Shown here: positions 1 through 9,656 of the stretch, piece after piece
Position numbering within the stretch: the first letter of the stretch is position 1
How the letters are laid out: each line of letters opens with the position of its first letter
From: a virus
Length of the DNA: 64,000 bases
Reading direction: 5' to 3' (one strand)
IMG/VR virus record: IMGVR_UViG_3300028920_000038
Span: 73,848-137,847 of that record
Translations under genes and position numbers: made by a program
The notes under the pieces: model-generated
What the model saw: only the letters and a program-made list of their open reading frames with translations
What the model was told of the DNA's origin: nothing
The model's database searches: none

Positions 1-1
1 A

Positions 2-100
2 AGTGTTATAGTACATGGGAATGGATTAGCAGATGGAATTGGAATGAAAGAAGAGTTAGATTTATTTTATTGTAAATTGATAGGTGATAGTCATGACTAA
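2..100 (+). CDS. Partial (5'-truncated) glycosyltransferase C-terminus, possibly PLOD-GT-like
   Basis: Open frame 2 from the window edge reads SVIVHGNGLADGIGMKEELDLFYCKLIGDSHD*. The VHGNG motif resembles the C-terminal motif of PLOD-type GT domains, and the stop overlaps the next gene start. Confidence 0.4.
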   Translation, partial: SVIVHGNGLADGIGMKEELDLFYCKLIGDSHD

Positions 101-1100
101 GATATCAGTATTATTAGCAACAAATAGAGTAAATAGGAATGTATTCCCATATATACAAAAGTGTGTAGATGGATTAGATTATTTACAAGAAGATACATTT
201 ACAGATGAATTCTATGAATTGTGTAATAATACATTATTGAATATACAATACCATTTCTTAGAGACTTCTCTTATATCTCTTTCAAATCAAAAATTCAAAG
301 ATTTTGAAGTTATTATATCTCATAGATATCCAAAAGATGCAGAGATGATAGTTAAGGAATATGTAGATAATTATAATGTCCCAATTAGATTAGTGAAAGA
401 GAAGCATTCGGTATGGCATGATTTAGGAGAACAATACCATACAGTAGCTAATAATAAGAATACCGCATTCATAAATTCATCTGGTGAATTGATATATCAT
501 ATAGATGATCTTACATTTTTTAATGAAAATCTTTTACAAGAAGCTTGGGATGAATATCAAAATGGTAATTATATGACTGGAAGAACGGTAAGGTGTATAA
601 CATATGATAAAAATTTAGAAAACTCGATAGATAAAGTGGGACCTAATAAGATACAAATAACTAAGAATGGTTGGACTGGACAAAAGAAACCTTTAACTAA
701 CGATAAATACATTCCTATGAATATGTTTTGGACTTGCAGTGCATCTGTATCGGCAGAGGAATTATTAGAGATAAATGGATATGATGAGTTATATGATGGA
801 TCATTAGCTGGAATAGATATGGATGCTGGAAATAGGTTATCACGTATTAGTAATTATAATAGAATAGCTAGCGAAAATTACCTATATGAAATAGATGATC
901 CTACACCGAAGAATATGGTTAGAGATGATGTTCTTATGAGAAAGATATTTAGAGTAAGTCATATAAGAGCTAATTCTTGGAAACCTAAAAAATTTCAGAT
1001 TAGGAGATATGAGAATTGGCATAAACATACATTAGGAGAATTAGATCCTAATTGGGATAAATTTATGGACATTCCATTTTATAATATAGAGAGAATATGA
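93..1100 (+). CDS. GT-A fold (GT2-like) glycosyltransferase
   Basis: ISVLLAT N-terminal strand, DFEVIIS, SSGELIYHIDD (DxD-like), GYDELYDG..G.D.DAG.RL. Start moved to ATG 93 behind GGTGAT at 83-88. Confidence 0.75.
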   Translation: MTKISVLLATNRVNRNVFPYIQKCVDGLDYLQEDTFTDEFYELCNNTLLNIQYHFLETSLISLSNQKFKDFEVIISHRYPKDAEMIVKEYVDNYNVPIRLVKEKHSVWHDLGEQYHTVANNKNTAFINSSGELIYHIDDLTFFNENLLQEAWDEYQNGNYMTGRTVRCITYDKNLENSIDKVGPNKIQITKNGWTGQKKPLTNDKYIPMNMFWTCSASVSAEELLEINGYDELYDGSLAGIDMDAGNRLSRISNYNRIASENYLYEIDDPTPKNMVRDDVLMRKIFRVSHIRANSWKPKKFQIRRYENWHKHTLGELDPNWDKFMDIPFYNIERI

Positions 1101-1777
1101 AAATAGAAAATATTAAATATCATCTAGTTGCTAATCATAAAATAGCATACAAATTAAATTCTGAAGAAATACTAAATGAAAATTCTGTAATTTTTGACTG
1201 TGGTGCATATGTTGGGAAATTTACAGAAGAAATATTTAGATTAATTAATCCTAATATAAATATGTTTTTATACGAACCTAATATAATTTTATATAAAAAA
1301 CTAGTAGATAAATTTGAAAATAAGGAGAATGTAAATATTTTTAATAAAGCAATTTCAAATAAAGTTGGTTTTAATAATTTGTATTTAGGTAAAAATTTGA
1401 ATGAGAGTAGTTTAAAAAAATCAAAGAAAGGATTGACTAATGATTATTTAAATGTAGAAACAACAACTATACCGAATGAAATAATAAAATTAAATTTAAA
1501 GTATATAGATGTTATAAAATTAAATGTAGAAGGAGAAGAATTAGATATTATAAATAATTTAGATAAAGGTGTTCTAGAGAAAATAGGACAATTTGCTGTT
1601 GCATTTCATTTAAATAATGGAATAAAAGATTATACACAAGAAATTCATGATAATACTATAAAATATATGATAAATAATGGATTTACTTCTAGTAATTACT
1701 ATAAAAATAAACATAAATTATTTTTTAATGAAAAGTGGTATAATACTGACAAATATAAGGAGTTAAGATATGGATAG
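1097..1777 (+). CDS. FkbM-family SAM-dependent methyltransferase
   Basis: VIFDCGAYVG, LYEPN, NKAIS, IDVIKLNVEGEE motifs. Confidence 0.85.
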   Translation: MKIENIKYHLVANHKIAYKLNSEEILNENSVIFDCGAYVGKFTEEIFRLINPNINMFLYEPNIILYKKLVDKFENKENVNIFNKAISNKVGFNNLYLGKNLNESSLKKSKKGLTNDYLNVETTTIPNEIIKLNLKYIDVIKLNVEGEELDIINNLDKGVLEKIGQFAVAFHLNNGIKDYTQEIHDNTIKYMINNGFTSSNYYKNKHKLFFNEKWYNTDKYKELRYG

Positions 1778-2777
1778 AGAAATATTAATAACTGGAGGAT
1801 GTGGTTTTATAGGACATCATCTAGCAGAGCATTTATTGAAAAACACTAATTGGAATATAAAAATACTGGATAGTTTGACATATGCAGGCATACAAAAAAG
1901 AATAACAGATATGGGAGCTTATAAAGATAATAAAGATAGAATAAAATTTATATTTCATGATTTAAGAGCAGAATTAAATAAAACAACTATAAAAGATTTA
2001 GGACAATTAGATTATATTGTTCATATGGCTGCAGAGACACATGTAGATAATAGTTTAATAGATGCTAGACCATTTATAGAAACAAATGTTATTGGTACTA
2101 TGAATTTATTAAATTATATAAAAGATAATGATATCGGATTAAAACGGTTTATTAACTTCAGTACTGATGAAGTTTATGGATCTGCTCCGGATGATTATGA
2201 TTATAAAGAAGATGATAGATGGAGACCTTCTAATCCGTATTCTGCTAGTAAATGTGGACAATCTGCATTAGGAATTGCTTATGCAACATCATTTGGTTTA
2301 CCTATTATACATACTTATACAATGAATGTTTTTGGGGAGAGACAACATCCAGAGAAATTAATACCTAAAACTATAAGAACATTTAAAGAAGGGAAACCAA
2401 TGACAATTCATTGTAAAAAAGAAGGAGATAAAGTTACAGAAATAGGAAAAAGATATTGGCTCCATGCAAGAAATGCATCCGATGCAGTTCTATTTCTGTT
2501 AGATAAGGGTAAAAATAATGATCACTATAATATAGTAGGAGATATAGAATTAACCAATTTGGAGATGACAGATAAAATAGCTAAATATATGGGATTAGAT
2601 AATCCAAAGTATGATTTTGTAGATTTTCATAAAACTAGACCAGGCCATGATAGAAGATATTCTCTAGATGGAAATAAACTACGGAAAATGGGATGGAAAG
2701 CAAAAGTAGATTTTGAAGAATCTTTAGACAGAACCGTAAAATGGTCTATTAATAATATGGATTGGCTATATTTATGA
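1770..2777 (+). CDS. rfbB: dTDP/NDP-glucose 4,6-dehydratase
   Basis: ITGGCGFIG, HMAAETHVDNS, STDEVYG, YSASK, RPGHDRRYSLD motifs. Confidence 0.93.
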   Translation: MDREILITGGCGFIGHHLAEHLLKNTNWNIKILDSLTYAGIQKRITDMGAYKDNKDRIKFIFHDLRAELNKTTIKDLGQLDYIVHMAAETHVDNSLIDARPFIETNVIGTMNLLNYIKDNDIGLKRFINFSTDEVYGSAPDDYDYKEDDRWRPSNPYSASKCGQSALGIAYATSFGLPIIHTYTMNVFGERQHPEKLIPKTIRTFKEGKPMTIHCKKEGDKVTEIGKRYWLHARNASDAVLFLLDKGKNNDHYNIVGDIELTNLEMTDKIAKYMGLDNPKYDFVDFHKTRPGHDRRYSLDGNKLRKMGWKAKVDFEESLDRTVKWSINNMDWLYL

Positions 2778-3991
2778 AACATAAAATAAGGAATGAATGT
2801 CTAATATGTAAAAATAAGAATCTTCACAAATTTTTAGAATTAGGGAACATGCCTCTCCCTAATAAATTTATAGATAAAGAGGAATTTAATAATGAGGAGT
2901 TCTATCCATTAAATGTATACGTTTGTGATAAGTGTTTTCTTGTACAATTAAAGGATATTATAGATCCAAAACTTCTATTTGATGATTATTTGTATATGAC
3001 AGGAACTTCAAAGCCATTGGTGGATCATTTAAAAACTTTAGCAAAAGATTCTCTGAAATATCATAAAGATGGTTTAGTTATAGATATAGGATGTAATGAT
3101 GGAACTCTATTAAAACATTATAAAAAATTAAATTTTAATACTATTGGAATAGACCCTGCAAAGAAAATAACAGATATTGGAAAAAAAGAAGGATTAAATA
3201 TTATAAATGATTATTTTAGTAGTAAGTGTGTAAAAAAAATATTAGAAATGTATGGGAAAGCTAATATAATAACAGCAACAAACGTATTTGCACATACAGA
3301 AGATATAAAAACTATAATAGAGGGAGTTCGTGATTTATTGACAGAGGATGGAGTATTTATTATAGAAGTTCATCATTTGATGAATCTTATATTAAATAAT
3401 GAATTTGATACTATATATCACGAGCATATATCATATTTTAGTTTATCATCTCTAATTCATCTTTTTAATTTATATGATATGACAATAATAGATGTTAGAG
3501 AAATATCTAATCATGGAGGATCATTAAGAGTTTTTATTAAAAAAACTGGAACTCCTTCAGATAATGTTTTTAAAATAATTGATAAAGAAAAAGAATTAGG
3601 TTTGTATTCTTTAGATACATATAATAATTTCTCAGAAAAAGTTAATGATATAAAAGATGAATTGATTGATACATTAAAAAATTTAAAAGAAAATGGAAAT
3701 AGAATTACTGGATATGGAGCTACAGCTAAAGGAAATATACTATTAAACTATTGTAATATTGGTCCTGATATTCTAGATTATATTAGTGATAGAACTCCAT
3801 TTAAATGTGGGAAATATAGTCCAGGGATGCATATCCCTATAATATCTGAAGATAAATTTCATGATGACAATCCAGATTATGTTTTATTATTGGCTTGGAA
3901 TTATAAGGATAATATATTAATTAAGGAAGATAAATTCAGAAAAAATGGTGGAAAATTTATAATTCCTATACCTAAACCAGAAATATTATGA
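2774..3991 (+). CDS. NDP-hexose C-methyltransferase (Zn-binding N-terminus + SAM domain + C-methyltransferase C-terminus)
   Basis: CLIC...C..C zinc motif, DIGCNDG, YHEHISYFS, HGGSLRVF, GYGATAKGN. Start at ATG 2774 overlaps the upstream TGA (ATGA). Confidence 0.9.
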   Translation: MKHKIRNECLICKNKNLHKFLELGNMPLPNKFIDKEEFNNEEFYPLNVYVCDKCFLVQLKDIIDPKLLFDDYLYMTGTSKPLVDHLKTLAKDSLKYHKDGLVIDIGCNDGTLLKHYKKLNFNTIGIDPAKKITDIGKKEGLNIINDYFSSKCVKKILEMYGKANIITATNVFAHTEDIKTIIEGVRDLLTEDGVFIIEVHHLMNLILNNEFDTIYHEHISYFSLSSLIHLFNLYDMTIIDVREISNHGGSLRVFIKKTGTPSDNVFKIIDKEKELGLYSLDTYNNFSEKVNDIKDELIDTLKNLKENGNRITGYGATAKGNILLNYCNIGPDILDYISDRTPFKCGKYSPGMHIPIISEDKFHDDNPDYVLLLAWNYKDNILIKEDKFRKNGGKFIIPIPKPEIL

Positions 3992-4635
3992 TAGTTTATA
4001 CTTCAATTTTTAATAATAATGATAGATTACCAGAACCATTAATTAAGAATAAAAATATAGAATATATTTGTTTTACAGATGGGCTCAAAAGAAGCAAAAA
4101 ATCTATATGGAAAATAAAAACTGTGGATGGAATATACGATGGAACTAGGAATAATAGATATTATAAAATAAATTCTCATTTATTTTTTCCATCAGAAGAG
4201 ATTGTATTATATTTAGATCCAACATTTCTAATAATAAAGGATTTTTATAATAAAATTGAGGAATGGCTTGGAGATAAAGACATAGCTATTAGACCTCATC
4301 CTAAGAGAAAATCTATATATGAAGAAGCTGAATATTTAATAAATAATAAACCACATAAGATAGATAGTAAAGAATTAATTATAAAACAAATGAATATGCT
4401 TAAAAATGAAGATTATCCTGAATCTGAACCTTTATGTGAAGGAGGATTTATTATTAGAAGAAACACTGAACAAGTTAAGAAATTTAATGAGATGTGGTGG
4501 AATATAGTAAAGAATTATAGTAAGAGAGATCAATTGAGTTTTAATTATGTATCATGGAAATTAGGAATAGGTTATAATTTAATAGAGAGAAAGGAAGTTG
4601 AAGAATATACCAGGAGAATAGCATGGCATCCTTAA
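3988..4635 (+). CDS. DUF616 (TOD1/MUCI70-like) putative glycosyltransferase
   Basis: IVYTSIF, YICFTD, NRYYKINSH, HPKRKSIYEEA, W...SKRDQLSFNYV motifs. Confidence 0.85.
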   Translation: MIVYTSIFNNNDRLPEPLIKNKNIEYICFTDGLKRSKKSIWKIKTVDGIYDGTRNNRYYKINSHLFFPSEEIVLYLDPTFLIIKDFYNKIEEWLGDKDIAIRPHPKRKSIYEEAEYLINNKPHKIDSKELIIKQMNMLKNEDYPESEPLCEGGFIIRRNTEQVKKFNEMWWNIVKNYSKRDQLSFNYVSWKLGIGYNLIERKEVEEYTRRIAWHP

Positions 4636-5363
4636 GAAAGTTAGTAGTATTAACTACAGTTGGATTAACAGATTATGTTATAGGAGCATTAGAATCTCTT
4701 AAAGAAGAAGAAGCTGATATACTCCTTATAGATGATGGAAGTTCAGTAGATTATTCTTATATAATTAATAATTATGAAATAGATTTAATACAAAAGAAAA
4801 AAGGTAAAGGAGTTACAGATTCATGGAATATAGCATATAAATTATTTAAAGATAATTATGATTATTGTTTATTTTCTAATGATGATGTAATATTCCCAGG
4901 AAGAGTACCTCCTGATATGTGGAATGGTTTGGAGAAATATATATTTTTAGGTCCTTTATCTGATCCTATAGGAAGTGGTAGATTCATGGGTAATTTTCAG
5001 AATATTACTACGTATCTTAGAGGAGTAAAAGATTTTAAAGATGTCAAATTAATTCAGAATAGATTACAAAAGATACATCCTAATAAAAAGTATCTAGAAA
5101 TAGGTAAAGATATAGTATTTCAAAGAAAAGAACCTCCATATATTAATGGCTTTTGTTTTTCTTTTAATAAGGATATAATTGAATATGAATTTCAAAAGGA
5201 TATTTTATTTAATCCAAAGTATACAAATTCTGGAAATGATAAAGAATTGCAGAGAGATCGATTAAATAAAGGAAAGGCAATATCTATTAAATCTTATATA
5301 TTTCACTATAAAGGAGGAACAATAGACCCTTATAGTAATACAAGACAGGAGATTATTAATTAA
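4623..5363 (+). CDS. GT2-family glycosyltransferase
   Basis: LLIDDGS, G...SWN, LFSNDDVIF, NGFCF, GND.E, YIFHYKGGT motifs. Confidence 0.85.
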   Translation: MASLRKLVVLTTVGLTDYVIGALESLKEEEADILLIDDGSSVDYSYIINNYEIDLIQKKKGKGVTDSWNIAYKLFKDNYDYCLFSNDDVIFPGRVPPDMWNGLEKYIFLGPLSDPIGSGRFMGNFQNITTYLRGVKDFKDVKLIQNRLQKIHPNKKYLEIGKDIVFQRKEPPYINGFCFSFNKDIIEYEFQKDILFNPKYTNSGNDKELQRDRLNKGKAISIKSYIFHYKGGTIDPYSNTRQEIIN

Positions 5364-6178
5364 TGATAATAATTACGATAGATGGTTTAAATTGGGATAC
5401 AGCTAATAAATACTGTAAAGATATATTTGAAAATCAAAATATGAAAAAAATAAAAAATAATGTTAGATTATTTACAAATACACCAGATTCGGGCCAACCT
5501 ACTCTTGTCGGTCTTACGTGTCTTTGGAGTGGAGAAAAAATTAGAAACTTTGATAAAAATTTATTTGCTAGGGTAAATCCAAAATACAATGAGAATTATA
5601 AACTCTCATTTAAAGATAAGAGTGGAAATGATTTTGATTTAATATTTAACTATTTTAATAAACCAAAAATTCAACTATCTCATCATGGAGGAAATCCTTA
5701 TTCAAATAATGAAAAATATTTTAAATACTGGACAACACTAGAACCAAAAGTAAGAATATGCCCATCTGAAGAATGGTGTATAATACCTGAATTATTAAAG
5801 AAAGATTATGATTTTTTTCATATTCATACAGAAATTGGTAAGATAGGAGTATTACAACATGGTCCTTACGAACAAGGGAGAATGCCTGCTTGTATTCCTT
5901 ATGATCAAATAAGACAAGATAAAGAATTAAAAAAAGAAGTATATTTATTTGGTCTTAAAAGATGGATATTTATTATTAAAGAATATTTATCAAAGATGAT
6001 TGATGATACAATAATAATAACAGCAGATCATGGAACATCATTAGAAAAAATATTCAAACCAGAATACATTGATGACATTCCATTAATAATTAATAGAGAT
6101 GTAGATTTATCAAATGTGACATATCAATGGGAATTAAAAAATTTTATAGTCGATTTAAATGAAAGATATAAAGAATAA
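5363..6178 (+). CDS. Alkaline phosphatase/sulfatase superfamily enzyme (candidate phospho/phosphono-transferase or hydrolase)
   Basis: IIITIDGL first metal motif, Thr nucleophile region (QPTLVGLTCLWSG), FFHIH, IIITADHG. Confidence 0.7.
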   Translation: MIIITIDGLNWDTANKYCKDIFENQNMKKIKNNVRLFTNTPDSGQPTLVGLTCLWSGEKIRNFDKNLFARVNPKYNENYKLSFKDKSGNDFDLIFNYFNKPKIQLSHHGGNPYSNNEKYFKYWTTLEPKVRICPSEEWCIIPELLKKDYDFFHIHTEIGKIGVLQHGPYEQGRMPACIPYDQIRQDKELKKEVYLFGLKRWIFIIKEYLSKMIDDTIIITADHGTSLEKIFKPEYIDDIPLIINRDVDLSNVTYQWELKNFIVDLNERYKE

Positions 6179-6503
6179 ATTTGGAGTTCCTTGCAGTCAA
6201 TTGAAAGAGTATTTAGATGGAACTGAAATACCTTGTACTTCTGAAGTTGAAGCGATGGCAATGGCTGCAGGAGCTTGGTTTGCAGGTAAAAAACCAGAAG
6301 TTTATATGCAAAATAGTGGACTAGGACATATAGTGGATATTGTGTCTAGTTTATATAAACCTTATAAAATTCCATTACCAAGAATGTATTTGAGTATTAG
6401 ATTCAAACCAAAACATCATTATGATATGTTTTTATATACTCCTTCTATTCTATTATTAATGGAATATGATGATGTTTTTGAGATCATGCAAGATGACAAC
6501 TAG
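6159..6503 (+). CDS. ppd: Phosphonopyruvate decarboxylase alpha subunit (TPP PYR domain, ComD-like)
   Basis: GVPCS, EVEAMAMAAGAWFAG, VYMQNSGLG motifs; clustered with pepM. Confidence 0.85.
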   Translation: MKDIKNKFGVPCSQLKEYLDGTEIPCTSEVEAMAMAAGAWFAGKKPEVYMQNSGLGHIVDIVSSLYKPYKIPLPRMYLSIRFKPKHHYDMFLYTPSILLLMEYDDVFEIMQDDN

Positions 6504-6969
6504 AAAAAAATCTATAGAAAAAATTTTGGAATTAAATCAAAATTCATTAATTATATCATCTGCAGGTTATACATCTAGATCCTTATATGAAGTTAAAGAT
6601 GCTCCAAATCATTTTTATATGATGGGATCAATGGGATGTGCATTACCATTTGCTATTGGATTAGCTTTAAATACTGATAAGGAAGTGGTAGCTATAATCG
6701 GAGATGGAGAATTATTAATGAATTTTAGTTCTCTTATACAAACTGAGAATTTAAAATTAGATAATTTAACTATTTATATATTAGATAATAATATGTATCA
6801 ATCAACTGGAGGACAAAAGACTATTAGTGAATATATTCCAAAGTGTGGATTTAATGTATGGACTATTAGTATAGAAGATGATCATATACCTCCAAGGATT
6901 CCTATAAGTCATAAAGAAATATCGGAGAGATTCTATGAGCACATTAATGGTGTGCAGCAAATCAACTAA
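6493..6969 (+). CDS. ppd: Phosphonopyruvate decarboxylase beta subunit (TPP-binding PP domain, ComE-like)
   Basis: FYMMGSMG, AIGLAL, GDGELLMN, ILDNNMYQSTGGQ. Start moved to ATG 6493. Confidence 0.85.
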   Translation: MTTRKKSIEKILELNQNSLIISSAGYTSRSLYEVKDAPNHFYMMGSMGCALPFAIGLALNTDKEVVAIIGDGELLMNFSSLIQTENLKLDNLTIYILDNNMYQSTGGQKTISEYIPKCGFNVWTISIEDDHIPPRIPISHKEISERFYEHINGVQQIN

Positions 6970-7558
6970 AAAATATACTAAACTGTATAATTATGATGAA
7001 TTATTAATAGTGAAAGAACCTCCAAATAAAGAAACTTTAAAAAAGAAAGATCTTTATCATAATGTTGTAGCAATAGGAGGAGGAAGTGTCATAGATACAG
7101 CTAAGATTTTAAGTATGAATTCAGTGATAGCTATTCCTACTACATATTCTGGAGCATCTGAGACTTCTCATGCAGTCTATTGGGATAATGGAATGAAATA
7201 TGATATAGAATGTATTAAACCTATATCTGTTTTGAGAAAAGAATTTATAAATTTACCTAAACATATTGAAGTAGCTACTAAAATAGATTGCATTTCTCAT
7301 ATTATAGAAAGTTTAATTTCAAAGAATTCTACCATAGATTCTGATAAATACGCTCTTATAGCTATTAATTTTATAAAAGAAGATAAATGGTTAGAAGCAA
7401 GTATATATGCTGGTAAGGCTATTGATATAACTGGTACCAATATTATACATGCTATGTCCTATTCATTAACTGGGGTATATGAATTACCTCATGGAGTATC
7501 TTTGTTAAAAATATTTGAATTAGCTAAACATTATAAGAAATTAGAGGAATTATTATGA
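6935..7558 (+). CDS. Iron-containing alcohol dehydrogenase, probable phosphonoacetaldehyde reductase (compact form)
   Basis: [35 protein letters not shown] metal ligands; lies between ppd and pepM. Confidence 0.8.
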   Translation: MSTLMVCSKSTKKYTKLYNYDELLIVKEPPNKETLKKKDLYHNVVAIGGGSVIDTAKILSMNSVIAIPTTYSGASETSHAVYWDNGMKYDIECIKPISVLRKEFINLPKHIEVATKIDCISHIIESLISKNSTIDSDKYALIAINFIKEDKWLEASIYAGKAIDITGTNIIHAMSYSLTGVYELPHGVSLLKIFELAKHYKKLEELL

Positions 7559-8826
7559 AAACCGTTTATGTAGGAATGTCAGCCGATTTTATTCATGATG
7601 GTCATATAAATATAATAAATATTGCTAGAAATTATGGTAATATAATAATAGGACTATTAACTGATGAAGCTATAGCATCATATAAAAGAGTACCTTTATT
7701 GTCTTACGAAAAAAGGAAAAAGATATTAGAGAATATAAAATATGTATATAAAGTAGTGCCACAGAAAACATTAGATTATACCGATAATCTTAAGAAATAT
7801 AAACCAAATTACGTTGTACATGGAGATGATTGGAAAAAAGGAATACAAAAAGAAATAAGAAATAAAGTTATAGAAACTTTAAAAGAATGGAATGGAGAAT
7901 TAATTGAACCTGAATATACAAAAGGTATATCATCTACATTACTTATAAACGATAAATTAAATCAAGGAGTTACACCTAATTATAGAAGAGGTAAATTGAA
8001 AAAGCTTCTAGAATTAAAGTCATACATAAGAATATTAGAAGCTCATAGTGGTATATCTGGTATAGTTGTAGAAAGATCTAATTATAATGGAAAAGAATTT
8101 GACGGGATATGGATATCAAGTTTGACAGATTCTACTTCTAAAGGAAAACCAGACATAGAAATAGTAGATTTTACATCAAGAATACAAACCATTAATGAGA
8201 TATTAGAAGTAACCACTAAACCTATTATAGTAGATATTGATACAGGAGGTCAAATAGATCATTTTGTATATATGATAAAAACCTTAGAAAGACTAGGAGT
8301 ATCTGCAATTATAGTAGAAGATAAAACATTTCCTAAAAGGAATTCACTGTCAGAAGGAGAAATTCACATACAAGAAGATAAAGAGACATTTTGTAGAAAG
8401 ATAAGAGCTGGAATACAATCTAGAATAACAGATGATTTTATGATAATAGCTAGAATAGAATCATTTATAACCGGAGAAGAAGTTGATCTTGCATTAAATA
8501 GAGCTAAAGACTACATAGAAGCTGGTGCAGATGGTATTATGATACATAGTAAAAAGAGTAATCCCAAAGATTTAATATTATTTTGTGATGAATATAAGAA
8601 ATTTAAAAATAGAGTTCCATTAATTTTAGTTCCTACTACATATAATTGGATGAAAGAAGAAGAGTTAAATTCTTTAGGTGCTAATATTATTATATATGCT
8701 AATCATCTATTAAGATCATCATATAAATCTATGAAAGAAGTAGCTAAAGAAATATTAAAAAATGAAAGAAGTTTAGAAGTAAATGATATGTGTACAAGTG
8801 TTAAGGAGATATTAGAATTAATATGA
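7555..8826 (+). CDS. pepM: Cytidylyltransferase-phosphoenolpyruvate mutase fusion
   Basis: N-terminal HDGH (HxGH) NTase with VVHGDDW; C-terminal LEAHSG, SSLTDS..GKPD, DIDTGG and the PepM signature [10 protein letters not shown] (EDK-X5-NS). Confidence 0.95.
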   Translation: MKTVYVGMSADFIHDGHINIINIARNYGNIIIGLLTDEAIASYKRVPLLSYEKRKKILENIKYVYKVVPQKTLDYTDNLKKYKPNYVVHGDDWKKGIQKEIRNKVIETLKEWNGELIEPEYTKGISSTLLINDKLNQGVTPNYRRGKLKKLLELKSYIRILEAHSGISGIVVERSNYNGKEFDGIWISSLTDSTSKGKPDIEIVDFTSRIQTINEILEVTTKPIIVDIDTGGQIDHFVYMIKTLERLGVSAIIVEDKTFPKRNSLSEGEIHIQEDKETFCRKIRAGIQSRITDDFMIIARIESFITGEEVDLALNRAKDYIEAGADGIMIHSKKSNPKDLILFCDEYKKFKNRVPLILVPTTYNWMKEEELNSLGANIIIYANHLLRSSYKSMKEVAKEILKNERSLEVNDMCTSVKEILELI

Positions 8827-9656
8827 TAATTGGTATAATAGGATTCGGAATGGTTGGTAGAGCAATACATCATGGTTTTGCTCAAATATGTGATTTTAAA
8901 ATTTATGATAAAGATAAGAAATTATCAGAAAATACATTAAAAGAAACTTTAGTAAATAGTGATTTTATATTTATATGTGTGCCTACTCCAATGAAAAAAG
9001 AAAATGGAGAAATAGATTTAAAATCTTTAGATAGTACATTGTCTTACGCTAATAAATATATACCAAGAGAAGATAAAATATTGATTATTAAATCAACAAT
9101 AGTTCCAGGTACTACAGATAGTTATATAAAAAAATATCCAAATCTAAATATTATATTTAATCCAGAATTTCTAACAGCTCGTACATCTAAATTGGATTTT
9201 ATTAATTCGTCTAGAGTCATATTGGGAGGGGATCCTAAATTAACCAGTAGAGTAGCAGATTTATATGGAAAAAGATTTACACATACTCCTATTTATCTAA
9301 CAGACGCAAGAACAGCTGAATTAGTTAAATATACAGCTAATTGTTTCTTTGCGACTAAGGTTTCGTTTTTTAACGAAATTTTTGATATATGCCGAAAGTT
9401 AGATATAAGATATGAAGATGTAAGAGATATGACATTAGCGGATGGGAGAATAGGCAATTCTCATACAGATGTTCCAGGTCATGACGGTTTAAGGGGATTT
9501 GGTGGATTATGCTTTCCAAAGGACCTTAATTCTATGATATACAAAGCTGAAGAATTAGGTGTAGATCCTAAAGTTATGAAAGCTGTATGGGAAAAAAACA
9601 TTGAAGTAAGAGAAAAGAAAGATTGGGAGAAAATCGAAGGTGCGGTCTCAGATTAA
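8823..9656 (+). CDS. ugd: UDP-glucose/GDP-mannose dehydrogenase family (lacks the C-terminal domain)
   Basis: [45 protein letters not shown]. Confidence 0.85.
   Translation: MIIGIIGFGMVGRAIHHGFAQICDFKIYDKDKKLSENTLKETLVNSDFIFICVPTPMKKENGEIDLKSLDSTLSYANKYIPREDKILIIKSTIVPGTTDSYIKKYPNLNIIFNPEFLTARTSKLDFINSSRVILGGDPKLTSRVADLYGKRFTHTPIYLTDARTAELVKYTANCFFATKVSFFNEIFDICRKLDIRYEDVRDMTLADGRIGNSHTDVPGHDGLRGFGGLCFPKDLNSMIYKAEELGVDPKVMKAVWEKNIEVREKKDWEKIEGAVSD

Noticed and set aside
6159-6969. Sulfopyruvate decarboxylase (ComDE, coenzyme M) assignment
   Set aside because: The sequence family overlaps, but adjacency to a signature-bearing pepM and Fe-ADH favours phosphonopyruvate decarboxylase
7555-8826. 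Isocitrate lyase/methylisocitrate lyase assignment
   Set aside because: The EDK-X5-NS motif and cytidylyltransferase fusion are PepM features; the ICL-type KKCGH motif is absent
8703-8885. Minus-strand 60-aa ORF over the pepM/ugd junction
   Set aside because: Shadow ORF opposite two confident genes
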